Below, piece after piece: positions 26,834 to 34,900 of a stretch of 34,900 bases of DNA. The DNA is from Candidatus Iainarchaeum sp. (lineage in GTDB: Archaea; Iainarchaeota; Iainarchaeia; Iainarchaeales; Iainarchaeaceae): assembly GCA_043812975.1 (NCBI GenBank), contig JBDRLP010000003.1, positions 1-34,900 on the forward strand. The letters run 5' to 3'. Position 1 is the first letter of the stretch, and every line of letters starts with the position of its first letter. The translations under genes and the position numbers were made by a program. The notes under the pieces were generated by a model, which was given only the letters and a program-made list of their open reading frames with translations, was not told the DNA's origin and ran no database searches.

Positions 26834-27429
26834 AAAAAATGAGTGAAAAAGTAGCATCGAGCACACCCCTAAAAGTGGGTGAAGATGGTACGGCAACCAC
26901 ACCGACGCAACGGTGTAGGGGTTTATTTGTAGGAAGATTTCAGCCATATCATACAGGGCATCATCAGGCTCTGCTTAATGCTTTGAAAAAAGTTGATGAA
27001 ATGATTATTGTTGTTGGTTCTTCAAAAGAGAGTTTCCAGCCCGAGAATCCTTTCACTGCAGGAGAAAGAATTGAAATGATCGGGGCAGCATTACACGAAG
27101 AAAAAATATTCGAAAAATGTTATATTGTTCCTGTGGAAGACATCAAAGAGTATGCTTTATGGACTCAGAGAATAAAGAGTTTCTGCCCAAGGTTTGATAT
27201 TGTATTCTCTAACAATCCACTTGTAAAGGAATTGTTTGAAGCTGATGGTTATAAAGTTGAGAGATTAGTAAGTGATAATGGACACATAGACTCCACTACT
27301 GCGCGGGACAAAATATTGAATAATTCAAGTTTAGATGGTTTAGTGCCTAAAAGTGTTGAAAATTATTTGAAAAAAATTAATGCTCAAAAGAGGATTAGAT
27401 CTATTCTCGAGGACGAGGTTAAACAATGA
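26830..27429 (+). CDS. nadM: nicotinamide/nicotinate-nucleotide adenylyltransferase with a 22-aa N-terminal palindromic insert
   Basis: RGLFVGRFQPYHTGH, GSS, NPFTAGER. Confidence 0.92.
   Translation: MKKMSEKVASSTPLKVGEDGTATTPTQRCRGLFVGRFQPYHTGHHQALLNALKKVDEMIIVVGSSKESFQPENPFTAGERIEMIGAALHEEKIFEKCYIVPVEDIKEYALWTQRIKSFCPRFDIVFSNNPLVKELFEADGYKVERLVSDNGHIDSTTARDKILNNSSLDGLVPKSVENYLKKINAQKRIRSILEDEVKQ
26851..26916 (+). repeat. two-hairpin REP-like element in frame inside nadM
   Basis: gtagcatc-GAG-inner hairpin-GAA-gatggtac, linker, acaccg-acgcaa-cggtgt; 66 nt. Confidence 0.7.
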
Positions 27430-28148
27430 AAATCGGTTTAATTGGTTCAGGGGCAATCGGAAGCTATTTAAAGGAAAAAATTAGCGAAGATTCTTCATTA
27501 GAATTAGTCGGAATATTTGATATTGATAAAACAAAAACAACTGTTAATTCTATTGATGAGTTACTTGAAAAAAAACCGGATTTGGTTATAGAAGCTGCTG
27601 GTTCTGAAGCTGTAAAAGAATTTAGTGAAAAAGTTCTTTCCAAAACAAATTTTTTAATTATGAGTGTTTCTGCTCTTGCAGAAAAAGAAGTTGAAGAAAA
27701 AATTGAAAATCTTTGTAAAGAATATGGGACAAAAATATTTTTTCCAATCGGCGCAATACTCGGTCTTGATGGAATACGCGGGGTTAAGGAACAACTCGAA
27801 TCCGTAGAAATTGAAACAAGAAAAAATCCAAGAGGATTTGGAAGAGAAGATAAAGAGGAAACTATTTTGTTTAATGGTAATGCAAGAAAAGCATGTAAAG
27901 AATATCCAAAGAATGTGAATGTTTCAGCTACACTTTCTCTGAATGGAATTGGTTTTGACAAAACCAAAGTAAGGATTGTTTCTGATCCGAGTGTTCAGGC
28001 TAATACGCATACAATTACTGCAAAAGGTTCATTCGGAAAGTTTACTATAAAGGTTGAGGCTGCACCTTCAAAAAATCCTAAAACAAGTTCTATTGCAGGA
28101 ATAAGCACGTTTCAGATAATCAAAGAAATAGCAAATAATAGAATGTGA
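27426..28148 (+). CDS. nadX: L-aspartate dehydrogenase
   Basis: GLIGSGAIG, IEAAG, GAILGLD, RKNP, YPKNVNV, NTH, NPKTS. Confidence 0.93.
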   Translation: MKIGLIGSGAIGSYLKEKISEDSSLELVGIFDIDKTKTTVNSIDELLEKKPDLVIEAAGSEAVKEFSEKVLSKTNFLIMSVSALAEKEVEEKIENLCKEYGTKIFFPIGAILGLDGIRGVKEQLESVEIETRKNPRGFGREDKEETILFNGNARKACKEYPKNVNVSATLSLNGIGFDKTKVRIVSDPSVQANTHTITAKGSFGKFTIKVEAAPSKNPKTSSIAGISTFQIIKEIANNRM

Positions 28149-28184
28149 ACAATTATATTTCTAGAATCATTCAGAAAAAAATAG

Positions 28185-29189
28185 TTACTTCCCTATTTCA
28201 ATCATTCTATCAAGGGCTTTTTTTGCTTTTTCCGCTGTTTCTTTTTCAATATTAATTTCAAATTTTTCTTCTTTCAGAGAAGCAAGAGCGTTTTCTAAAT
28301 TGATTTTTTTCATGTAAGGACAAACAGAGCAAGGATTGATGAATTGCTTTTCAGGAAACTTTGCTCTTACCAAATCACTCATACCGCATTCTGTTACAAG
28401 CATGAACTTTTCAGCATCGCTGTCTTTAATGTAATTGTACATGTCACTGGTTCCGCCTGCAAGGTCAGCAAGAGCAATTACTTCAGGAGTGCATTCTAAG
28501 TGAGCAAGTACTTTCATTCCAGGAAACTGATGTTTATATTCAATAATCTGTCCTGGAGTAAATTGTTCATGCACAATACACTTGCCTTTCCAATAATGTA
28601 TTTTTTTCTTGGTTTGGTTTTGTAAGTTCTGTGCCATGAACATGTCAGGCACAAAAATAACCTCATCTTCTTTCATTGCCTCAATAACTTTCAATGCATT
28701 AGCACTTGTACATATAACATCACTTTCAGCTTTTACATCAGCAGGAGTATTAATGTAAGTAATCACAGGACTGTTTGGATATTTTTTTCTTAAGTTTTTT
28801 ACATCCTGTGCATTTATTTCATCTGCTAATGAACATCCGGCTTCAGTGGAAGGTATTAAAACTTTTTTTTCAGGATTAAGAATTTTTGCTGTTTCAGCCA
28901 TGAAATTTACTCCGCAAAAAAGAATTATGTCCGCATCGGTTTCTTTTGCGTTTTTGCTTAAAGCAAATGAATCCCCAGTATAATCAGCAATTCCGAAAAG
29001 TATCTCCGGCCTTTGATAATTATGCGCAAGAATAACAGCATTTTTTTCTTTTTTCAGCTTGTTGATCTTAAGAGTTAAAGGAGCAAACATTAAACATTCA
29101 TCCATAGAGTACTCTAAATATTTCAAATTTACAAGTAATCTTTTTGCTTCAGCAACAATCTCTTTCTCAAGAGCAATTGATTTTTCCAT
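28185..29189 (-). CDS. nadA: quinolinate synthase
   Basis: LAHNYQ, GDS, CGVNFMAE, AGCSLA, YINT, CIVH, HLEC, CPYMK. Confidence 0.96.
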   Translation of the reverse strand: MEKSIALEKEIVAEAKRLLVNLKYLEYSMDECLMFAPLTLKINKLKKEKNAVILAHNYQRPEILFGIADYTGDSFALSKNAKETDADIILFCGVNFMAETAKILNPEKKVLIPSTEAGCSLADEINAQDVKNLRKKYPNSPVITYINTPADVKAESDVICTSANALKVIEAMKEDEVIFVPDMFMAQNLQNQTKKKIHYWKGKCIVHEQFTPGQIIEYKHQFPGMKVLAHLECTPEVIALADLAGGTSDMYNYIKDSDAEKFMLVTECGMSDLVRAKFPEKQFINPCSVCPYMKKINLENALASLKEEKFEINIEKETAEKAKKALDRMIEIGK

Positions 29190-29234
29190 AGTAAAACTGG
29201 AGTTAGAGAGTATTAAAAGAGTTTTGGGCCAAAA

Positions 29235-29903
29235 CTAATTTTTCGTCAAATGCCCTATTTCCTTGGCTGAATGCTTCTTCTTTTTACCCAGGATTATGGT
29301 TATAGCCTTGAACACAAGGGCTATTAAAGCAAGAGCAAGGACACTTTTTCCAATAGTTGATTTCAGGAAATAACCATTTCCAACATAAACAAAATGCATA
29401 ATTGTAAAAATAAGAGCAATATATGCTGTTCTTTGGAAAATTTTCCACTTCGCAAAACCCATGTTCTTAATTGATTTCGGCGTAGAAGTGATTGCCAAAG
29501 CAATGATAATCAATAAAGCAACTGTTCCATAAACCGCAGGTAAAAAGTTAGAGTTTGCTTCTGAAAAAATGAAAAACAAATCCGAATTATAAGTATTTAC
29601 AACAGAAACAGCAACATGTAAAACCGCAAAACCAAAACCAGCTAAACCAAGTGGTTTTCTGAAAACAAGATCGTGTCTGAAATGTTTTGGAAAAAATCTT
29701 GAAAGCGGACCTAAAATCAGAGTTATTGCAATCAATATTGTTGCAGCAACAGCAGAAGCCTTACTTATGTTTTTCAGCAACAGCAAGTCATTTGTAAAAA
29801 TATTATAAGTAAGGAAAAATAAGAATACTAAAAATGAATTTGTATATGCCCTGAAATCATATGAATGCATGCAAATAGAAGGGGAAAACTGGTATTTATT
29901 CAT
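29235..29903 (-). CDS. second MsrQ/YedZ-like ferric-reductase TM protein
   Basis: LGPLSR, RKPLGLAGF..AVLH, LAITS, WKIFQRTAY..MH. Confidence 0.85.
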   Translation of the reverse strand: MNKYQFSPSICMHSYDFRAYTNSFLVFLFFLTYNIFTNDLLLLKNISKASAVAATILIAITLILGPLSRFFPKHFRHDLVFRKPLGLAGFGFAVLHVAVSVVNTYNSDLFFIFSEANSNFLPAVYGTVALLIIIALAITSTPKSIKNMGFAKWKIFQRTAYIALIFTIMHFVYVGNGYFLKSTIGKSVLALALIALVFKAITIILGKKKKHSAKEIGHLTKN

Positions 29904-29921
29904 TTCTTTTGTAATTGCTTA

Positions 29922-30257
29922 TTAGTATTTGAATTTTTTGTCGTATGCTTTGTAATCCATGTATTCAAGGTAGATTAAGAATAGGTCTACTTCGGTTCCT
30001 GTGATTATGTAGAGTAATCTCCAGTAGGAATCTAAATTATATTTCTATAAATTTGTTATTCCGTATTTTTGAATATATTCTTTTGGCCATTGTTTTTTTG
30101 GTATGTGTTTTCCTGCCTCTTTGTCTTCTGCAAGTTTTGTGGTTGCCTTGTTTATCAAGTCAAGTAGGTTTTGAGCTTCAGAGTTTCCCTTGTCGGCCTT
30201 CTTTCTGAGTTTGACATAATCTTTGTTGAATTCTTTTGAATAACGTATTTCATACAT
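29922..30257 (-). pseudogene. RelE/ParE-like toxin with in-frame TAG at 30045-30047
   Basis: Frame continues after YGITNL* as KYNLDSYWRLLYIITGTEVDLFLIYLEYMDYKAYDKKFKY*. Confidence 0.75.
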
Positions 30258-30522
30258 CTATTGGAACACTCTCTCCAATGAGTTTTCTTGTTTTTGCGTT
30301 ATCTGCAAAGACCCAGATTATTTTTTTGTTTTTTGTGTTGATTATTTTTTTTGATTTTTCCAGATAATCCAGTATAAGTTTGAATGTTTGATATTGAACT
30401 TGCTTTGGCAGTTTCTTCCATAATCCGGTTCTTGTTGGATAATTCTTGCATTTTTTTATTGCATCCTCCACCATCAAAACAGTATCAAGTCTTGGGTAAT
30501 GCAGTATTGTTTCAGTTTCCAT
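30250..30522 (-). CDS. small wHTH-like protein, putative antitoxin
   Basis: HYPRLDTVLMVE...LWKKLPKQVQYQT..LILDYL; overlaps the toxin start. Confidence 0.7.
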   Translation of the reverse strand: METETILHYPRLDTVLMVEDAIKKCKNYPTRTGLWKKLPKQVQYQTFKLILDYLEKSKKIINTKNKKIIWVFADNAKTRKLIGESVPIDV

Positions 30523-30533
30523 AAAATCCCCTA

Positions 30534-30551
30534 TTGTATATACTTATACAA
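30534..30551. promoter_or_regulatory. putative TA autoregulatory operator
   Basis: ttgtata-tact-tatacaa palindrome 11 nt upstream of the antitoxin ATG. Confidence 0.5.
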
Positions 30552-30560
30552 CTGATGTTT

Positions 30561-31094
30561 TTAAGTCTTTCTCTTTCTATAATATAATAACAAGGAACCT
30601 TTATCATTCAGGTTTTTCGTAGAAACAAGACTAAAGTGCTTCAGGGGACCTTCTTTATTGAAAAACCCAATTCCTTCTCCAAAAACAACAGGTTCTATGG
30701 TTAGGTAAATTTCATCCAGTAAATCTTTTTCCAGAACAAAATTATAAGCAACTCTTCCTCCAAGAACACAAACTTTCTTGTAACCTTTTTTTCTAACATA
30801 TCCATCAAGGTCTGCTTTCTCAGTATTAATGTAAGTAAGGAGTTTGCTTTCTTCTTTAATGCCTTCAACTTTCCTTGTGAGAACAATTGAATTGAAATTC
30901 TTGAGGCGTTCCTCTGCAAGGCCATAAGACTTGCTTGCAAGAAGCAAAACATCTGCTTCACCTTCAATTTTATGAAGGTGCTCTTTATCTTCTTTTGAAG
31001 TCCAGTCAGTACTTATTTGTCCCGGAGTTCTGGCAATAAAACCATCAATGGTTGTTGCTACAACAATATAATACAGGGGTTTTTCCATTTTCAT
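30561..31094 (-). CDS. dihydrofolate reductase / RibD-C family protein
   Basis: ATTIDGFIA, WTSKED, VLTR, GG, DEIYLTIEPVVFGEG. Confidence 0.85.
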   Translation of the reverse strand: MKMEKPLYYIVVATTIDGFIARTPGQISTDWTSKEDKEHLHKIEGEADVLLLASKSYGLAEERLKNFNSIVLTRKVEGIKEESKLLTYINTEKADLDGYVRKKGYKKVCVLGGRVAYNFVLEKDLLDEIYLTIEPVVFGEGIGFFNKEGPLKHFSLVSTKNLNDKGSLLLYYRKRKT

Positions 31095-31174
31095 ACCTAA
31101 TATTAAACTGGATTAAGAGATTAATAAAGATTAGCTTGAATTCAGTAGGCTTTTATTAATTTCAAACCTATTTT

Positions 31175-32020
31175 ATGAAGCTCACTAGTGAGCTAGTCCT
31201 ACTGAGTCCCTGCGGGACGAAGTGGACGCCCCACAGCCGCGGGCTTGCGGCTAGCGAGCAGAGATCAATGATAAAGTTGGATGAGGCTAAAGAAGAAATT
31301 GAAAAAGGCATAATTAACCAGGACATGCTTATACTGGTTGGAAACTGCTTTGTTGATTACTTGGGAAGAGCCACTTCCAAATTACCAAAAGGAAAAAGAT
31401 TAGTGCTCATTAAAGGAGACGGTTCAATAGCAATTCACCAAAACAGGCTTGTGAAACCAACTAATTACATGGTTAATACCAGAATCGGTTGTGAACTCAG
31501 CAATGGAATGCTTATTGTAAAAGCAAATAAACAAAAACCTGCAGAAAAACTAACAATTACTTTCAACAATATTCACGATATTAAGCGTTATGAAATTGAG
31601 GTTACTGATGATTTAAGATTAAGCGGTTCTGAAAGGGATTTGAACGAACTTTTAATGCAGGATTTATCAATGATTGAACCTGGTTTGAAACCAGTGAACC
31701 AACAACAGCAATTCAGAAAAGGGGTTTGTGATATTATTGCTGAAGACAAGGATGGAAATTTTGTTGTGATTGAATTGAAAAGAAGGCAGGCTGATTTTGC
31801 TGGAGTTACTCAGTTGCACAGGTACATGAAGGAAGTTGAAAACCTCAAGAACAAAAAAGCAAGAGGAATACTTCTGGCACCCGATATCAGAAAGAATGCA
31901 CTGGAACTGCTTGAACAGCTTGGTTTGGAGTTTTCAAAACTAGATTTTGAATTAACCCCTAATGAAAAACAAAAAGCCAAAATCAAAGGTTTAGAGCATA
32001 AACAACAAACTCTGTTTTAG
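31175..32020 (+). CDS. nucS: mismatch endonuclease NucS/EndoMS (core starts at ATG 31268; 31-codon palindromic extension upstream)
   Basis: YLGRA.S, IKGDGS..IH, PTNY, GSERDL, DIIAED, IELKR, QL.RY. Confidence 0.92.
   Translation: MKLTSELVLLSPCGTKWTPHSRGLAASEQRSMIKLDEAKEEIEKGIINQDMLILVGNCFVDYLGRATSKLPKGKRLVLIKGDGSIAIHQNRLVKPTNYMVNTRIGCELSNGMLIVKANKQKPAEKLTITFNNIHDIKRYEIEVTDDLRLSGSERDLNELLMQDLSMIEPGLKPVNQQQQFRKGVCDIIAEDKDGNFVVIELKRRQADFAGVTQLHRYMKEVENLKNKKARGILLAPDIRKNALELLEQLGLEFSKLDFELTPNEKQKAKIKGLEHKQQTLF
31179..31267 (+). repeat. multi-hairpin REP-like element between two in-frame ATGA
   Basis: agctcactagtgagct; gtcctac-TGAG-tccc-tgc-ggga-CGAA-gtggac; agccgc/gcggct. Confidence 0.7.
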
Positions 32021-32035
32021 AATTTGAATACTTAT

Positions 32036-32107
32036 GTTCTGCTGCAAGCAGAACGGCCGTATGCGTACCCCACAGCCGCCGAAGGTGCCCGAAGGGTGCA
32101 ACTGTGG
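32036..32107. repeat. multi-hairpin element between convergent nucS and CNNM genes
   Basis: gttctgc/gcagaac; ccacag/ctgtgg enclosing gcc-GAA-ggt and gccc-GAA-gggt; shares ccccacagccgc with 31229-31240. Confidence 0.65.
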
Positions 32108-32109
32108 TT

Positions 32110-33345
32110 TTATTTGAATATTCTTACTCTTTCTACTTTAGGCCCGTCCATTTTTTCAACAACAAATTTAACCATATTAATCAAAACTTCATCTTTTTCT
32201 TCAGGAACCTTATCCATTGCTTCTATAACTAAACCCGCAACAGTATCAAATTCCTTGCATTTCATTGTAACTTTGATTGCTTTGCTCAGCATTTCAAGAG
32301 ATACTTGCCCTTCAACAACAAACTCGCTTGGACTTATTTTTTTAATTTTTGGTTCTACATCTGTTTCGTCAAGAATTTCCCCCACAATTTCTTCCAGAAT
32401 ATCCTCAATAGTTACCAATCCTATAGTGCCACCATACTCATCAACAACAATAGCCAGATGAGTTTTGCTTGTCTGGAATTCTTTCAAAAGCTTGTCAATT
32501 TTTTTGTGGGCAAAAACATAAAGAACAGATCTCATAAGTTTATCAACAGTTACAGATAACATGTCTTTTTTTGTATAACCAATAAAATCTCTTACGTGGA
32601 AAATCCCGATTACTTCATCTAAATCATCTTTGTAAATAGGAACTCTTGAATGTTCGCGTAAAAGTTTTTTGTCGATAGAACTTATTTTTGTTCCTGATTC
32701 AACACTCACAATTTCTGAACGCGCGGTCATAACATCCTCAACAGTAATATCATTCAACCTGAAAATCCTGTGAATCATTTCTTTTTCTTCTTTCTGAATA
32801 GCTCCTTCTTCTGCACCTAAGGAAACAACTGTTTTTACTTCATCCTCAGTCAAAGTGTCTTTTCCTTTTTCTCCTCCAATAATTTTAGTGAAAAAACCAG
32901 TTATTATATTCAAAACAAGGATGAAAGGCATGAAGATTGTTGAAAGTAATTTCAGTATAGGAGCAGCACTAAGAGCAATAAACTCATTGTGTTTTAATGC
33001 AAGTGATTTTGGGGTTATTTCTCCAAAAATAAGAATAGCTAAAGTGATTATTGCAGTAGCGATAGCAATACCATAATCACTTGGGAAAATACTCAAAGCA
33101 ACTGCTGTTGCAAGTGAAGCAGCACTGACATTAACCAGATTATTTCCAATCAGAATTGTATTAAGAAGTATTTGTGGCTTGCTTTTTAGTTCCTCTAAAA
33201 GAGCCGAGTTTCTTTTCTTGGAAGTAACCAGTTTTCTCATTTTAACTTTACTAATAGAAAAAATAGCCAGTTCTACCGAAGAAAAAAACCCGGAAAGCAA
33301 AATAAGGACTATTAAAATAATTATATTTGTTTCAAATGATACCAT
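32110..33345 (-). CDS. CNNM/CorB (hemolysin-family, DUF21-CBS-CorC) Mg2+ transporter
   Basis: SGFFSSVE, LIGNNLVN, FGEITPK, HSRVP, VDEYGG..GLVTIEDILEEIVGEI.DE. Confidence 0.93.
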   Translation of the reverse strand: MVSFETNIIILIVLILLSGFFSSVELAIFSISKVKMRKLVTSKKRNSALLEELKSKPQILLNTILIGNNLVNVSAASLATAVALSIFPSDYGIAIATAIITLAILIFGEITPKSLALKHNEFIALSAAPILKLLSTIFMPFILVLNIITGFFTKIIGGEKGKDTLTEDEVKTVVSLGAEEGAIQKEEKEMIHRIFRLNDITVEDVMTARSEIVSVESGTKISSIDKKLLREHSRVPIYKDDLDEVIGIFHVRDFIGYTKKDMLSVTVDKLMRSVLYVFAHKKIDKLLKEFQTSKTHLAIVVDEYGGTIGLVTIEDILEEIVGEILDETDVEPKIKKISPSEFVVEGQVSLEMLSKAIKVTMKCKEFDTVAGLVIEAMDKVPEEKDEVLINMVKFVVEKMDGPKVERVRIFK

Positions 33346-33423
33346 AAATAAAAACCTGTTTAAACTCCAAAAATATGGTTATTTAGGTTAATAAATGTTA
33401 AAGTTACAGGTAAAAAAGAGGGT

Positions 33424-34689
33424 TTAGAAGGTTTTTCCACCATAAACAGCAGAACCACTTTCATTGAGCTTTTCCTCAATTCTCAAAAGCTGATTATATT
33501 TTGCTACTCTTTCACTTCTTGCTGTTGCACCGAATTTACTCTGACCTGTTCCAAGACCAACAACCAAATCAGAAATAAAAACATCTTCGGTTTCACCAGA
33601 CCTATGAGAAACAACAACACTCCAATTATTATTTCTTGCAAGAGCAGAAGCTTCAATAGCTTCAGTAACAGTTCCAATCTGGTTTACTTTCAAAAGCAAT
33701 GAATTACAAGCTTTCTCCTCAAGAGCTTTTTCAATTCGCACGACATTTGTAACAAGAAGATCATCACCAACTAATTGAATAGCTTCACCAAGTTCTTTTG
33801 TAATGGCTTTCCATCCTCCCCAGTCATCCTCAGCCATTCCGTCTTCAATTGAAACAATATCAAACTTGTCAACTAAACTCGCGTAAAAATCAACAAGTTC
33901 TTCCGAAGAGAAAGTTTTGTTTCCTATTGAATAAATACCATTTTTGAAAAATTCTGAAGAAGCACAATCCAAACCAATTTTTATTTTTCCCTCATAACCT
34001 GCTTCCTCAACACACTTTAACATTAACTCCAAACGATCATGAACATTAGCCATTGGAGGAACAAATCCGCCTTCATCTCCTAACAAAGTTGCCTGACTTC
34101 CAAATTTGGCTTTCAATTTCTTTTTTAATAAATGATAGGTTTCTGTTCCTGCCTGTAATGCTTCACTGAAAGAATCAAAACCTATAGGAAATAACATGTG
34201 TTCCTGAATATCATTATCTTTTCCAGCATGTTTTCCTCCGTTCAGCACATTCAATTGCGGAACCGGAAGAACAAAATTCTTATTTCCTGAAATTTCACCA
34301 ATCATTTCATATAATTCCAGATTGTTTTCAACTGCAAGAGCCCTTGTGAATGCCATTGAAACTCCAAGCAAAGCATTGGCACCTAACTTTGACTTGTTTT
34401 CTGTTCCGTCAAAGTCAAGCAAAGCAGAATCAAGTTCTTTCTGAGAAGCAAACTCCTTTCCATTAATTTCCTTTGCAATAACACCAACATTGGAAACTGC
34501 TTTGAGAACGCCTTTTCCGGCATAAGCTTTTTCACCATCTCTCAGTTCAAGTGCTTCATGTTTTCCAGTGGAAGCACCGCTTGGAACTATTGCAGTAAAA
34601 GAACCTTTAGAAGTTGAAAGTTCTGCCTCTACTGTAGGATTTCCCCTTGAATCCAATACCTGTCTTGCTTTTACTTTATCAATCTTCAT
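33424..34689 (-). CDS. eno: enolase
   Basis: DSRGNPTVE, PSGASTG, GDEGGF, GDDL, KVNQIG, SHRSGETED, RSER..KYN. Confidence 0.98.
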   Translation of the reverse strand: MKIDKVKARQVLDSRGNPTVEAELSTSKGSFTAIVPSGASTGKHEALELRDGEKAYAGKGVLKAVSNVGVIAKEINGKEFASQKELDSALLDFDGTENKSKLGANALLGVSMAFTRALAVENNLELYEMIGEISGNKNFVLPVPQLNVLNGGKHAGKDNDIQEHMLFPIGFDSFSEALQAGTETYHLLKKKLKAKFGSQATLLGDEGGFVPPMANVHDRLELMLKCVEEAGYEGKIKIGLDCASSEFFKNGIYSIGNKTFSSEELVDFYASLVDKFDIVSIEDGMAEDDWGGWKAITKELGEAIQLVGDDLLVTNVVRIEKALEEKACNSLLLKVNQIGTVTEAIEASALARNNNWSVVVSHRSGETEDVFISDLVVGLGTGQSKFGATARSERVAKYNQLLRIEEKLNESGSAVYGGKTF

Positions 34690-34749
34690 TTTGAATCAAC
34701 TTAAACAATAAGTAAAAGGAGTATATTAAGTTTTTTGGGCGAGTGTTTA

Positions 34750-34899
34750 TTATTCCCCTAATTGCTCTATTTCAGCTCTAATGTCGTTCATACGCATTTC
34801 TAAATCTGCAGTTATTTCGACAGGATAGAAATTCGCCTTAGCATACACTATCTCTTTTTCGAGGTAATTAGCTTCTTCTCTTCGGTACTCAACCCATGC
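34750..34899 (-). CDS. 3' end of a hypothetical protein (enters from window edge)
   Basis: Open frame AWVEYRREEANYLEKEIVYAKANFYPVEITADLEMRMNDIRAEIEQLGE*. Confidence 0.55.
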   Translation of the reverse strand, partial: AWVEYRREEANYLEKEIVYAKANFYPVEITADLEMRMNDIRAEIEQLGE

Positions 34900-34900
34900 A

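Noticed and set aside
26851..26916. Bulge-helix-bulge intron in nadM
   Set aside because: No pairing across the two junctions that could form a BHB motif
30045..30047. Pyrrolysine or TAG recoding
   Set aside because: Single case; TAG terminates other genes here; no pyl genes seen
31196..31227. Hammerhead ribozyme (TGAG-stem-CGAA resembles the stem II junction)
   Set aside because: Core reads CTACTGA and GAAG rather than CTGANGA and GAAA, and no stem I/III with an NUH site is evident
1..34900. CRISPR array, tRNA or rRNA genes
   Set aside because: No regularly spaced repeats, cloverleaf/T-loop signatures or rRNA-like segments seen

Overview
AT-rich archaeal chromosomal segment. TATA/BRE-type promoters, NucS, archaeal NadM/NadX and a duplicated-domain Lrp suggest a DPANN lineage, possibly Iainarchaeota/Diapherotrites (inference). 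It carries many biosynthetic genes: purF (partial), purS, purL, purQ; pdxS/pdxT; nadA/nadC/nadM/nadX; a DHFR-like gene. It also has enolase, TldD/PmbA, a DHH nuclease, NucS, a CNNM transporter, two MsrQ-like proteins and a squalene/phytoene synthase. Accessory content: an IS903-group IS5 element joined to a MITE, two putative TA modules (one toxin has an in-frame TAG), and a PurD-like ATP-grasp + GNAT cassette between 62-bp direct repeats. The most unusual signals are (1) a dispersed family of short GC-rich multi-hairpin elements with conserved structure and differing stem sequences, sitting at gene boundaries, at start codons and in frame inside nadM, and (2) a cluster of unannotated micro-ORFs with strong Shine-Dalgarno sites next to a RimK-like ligase. 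All calls come from reading the sequence; no searches were run.
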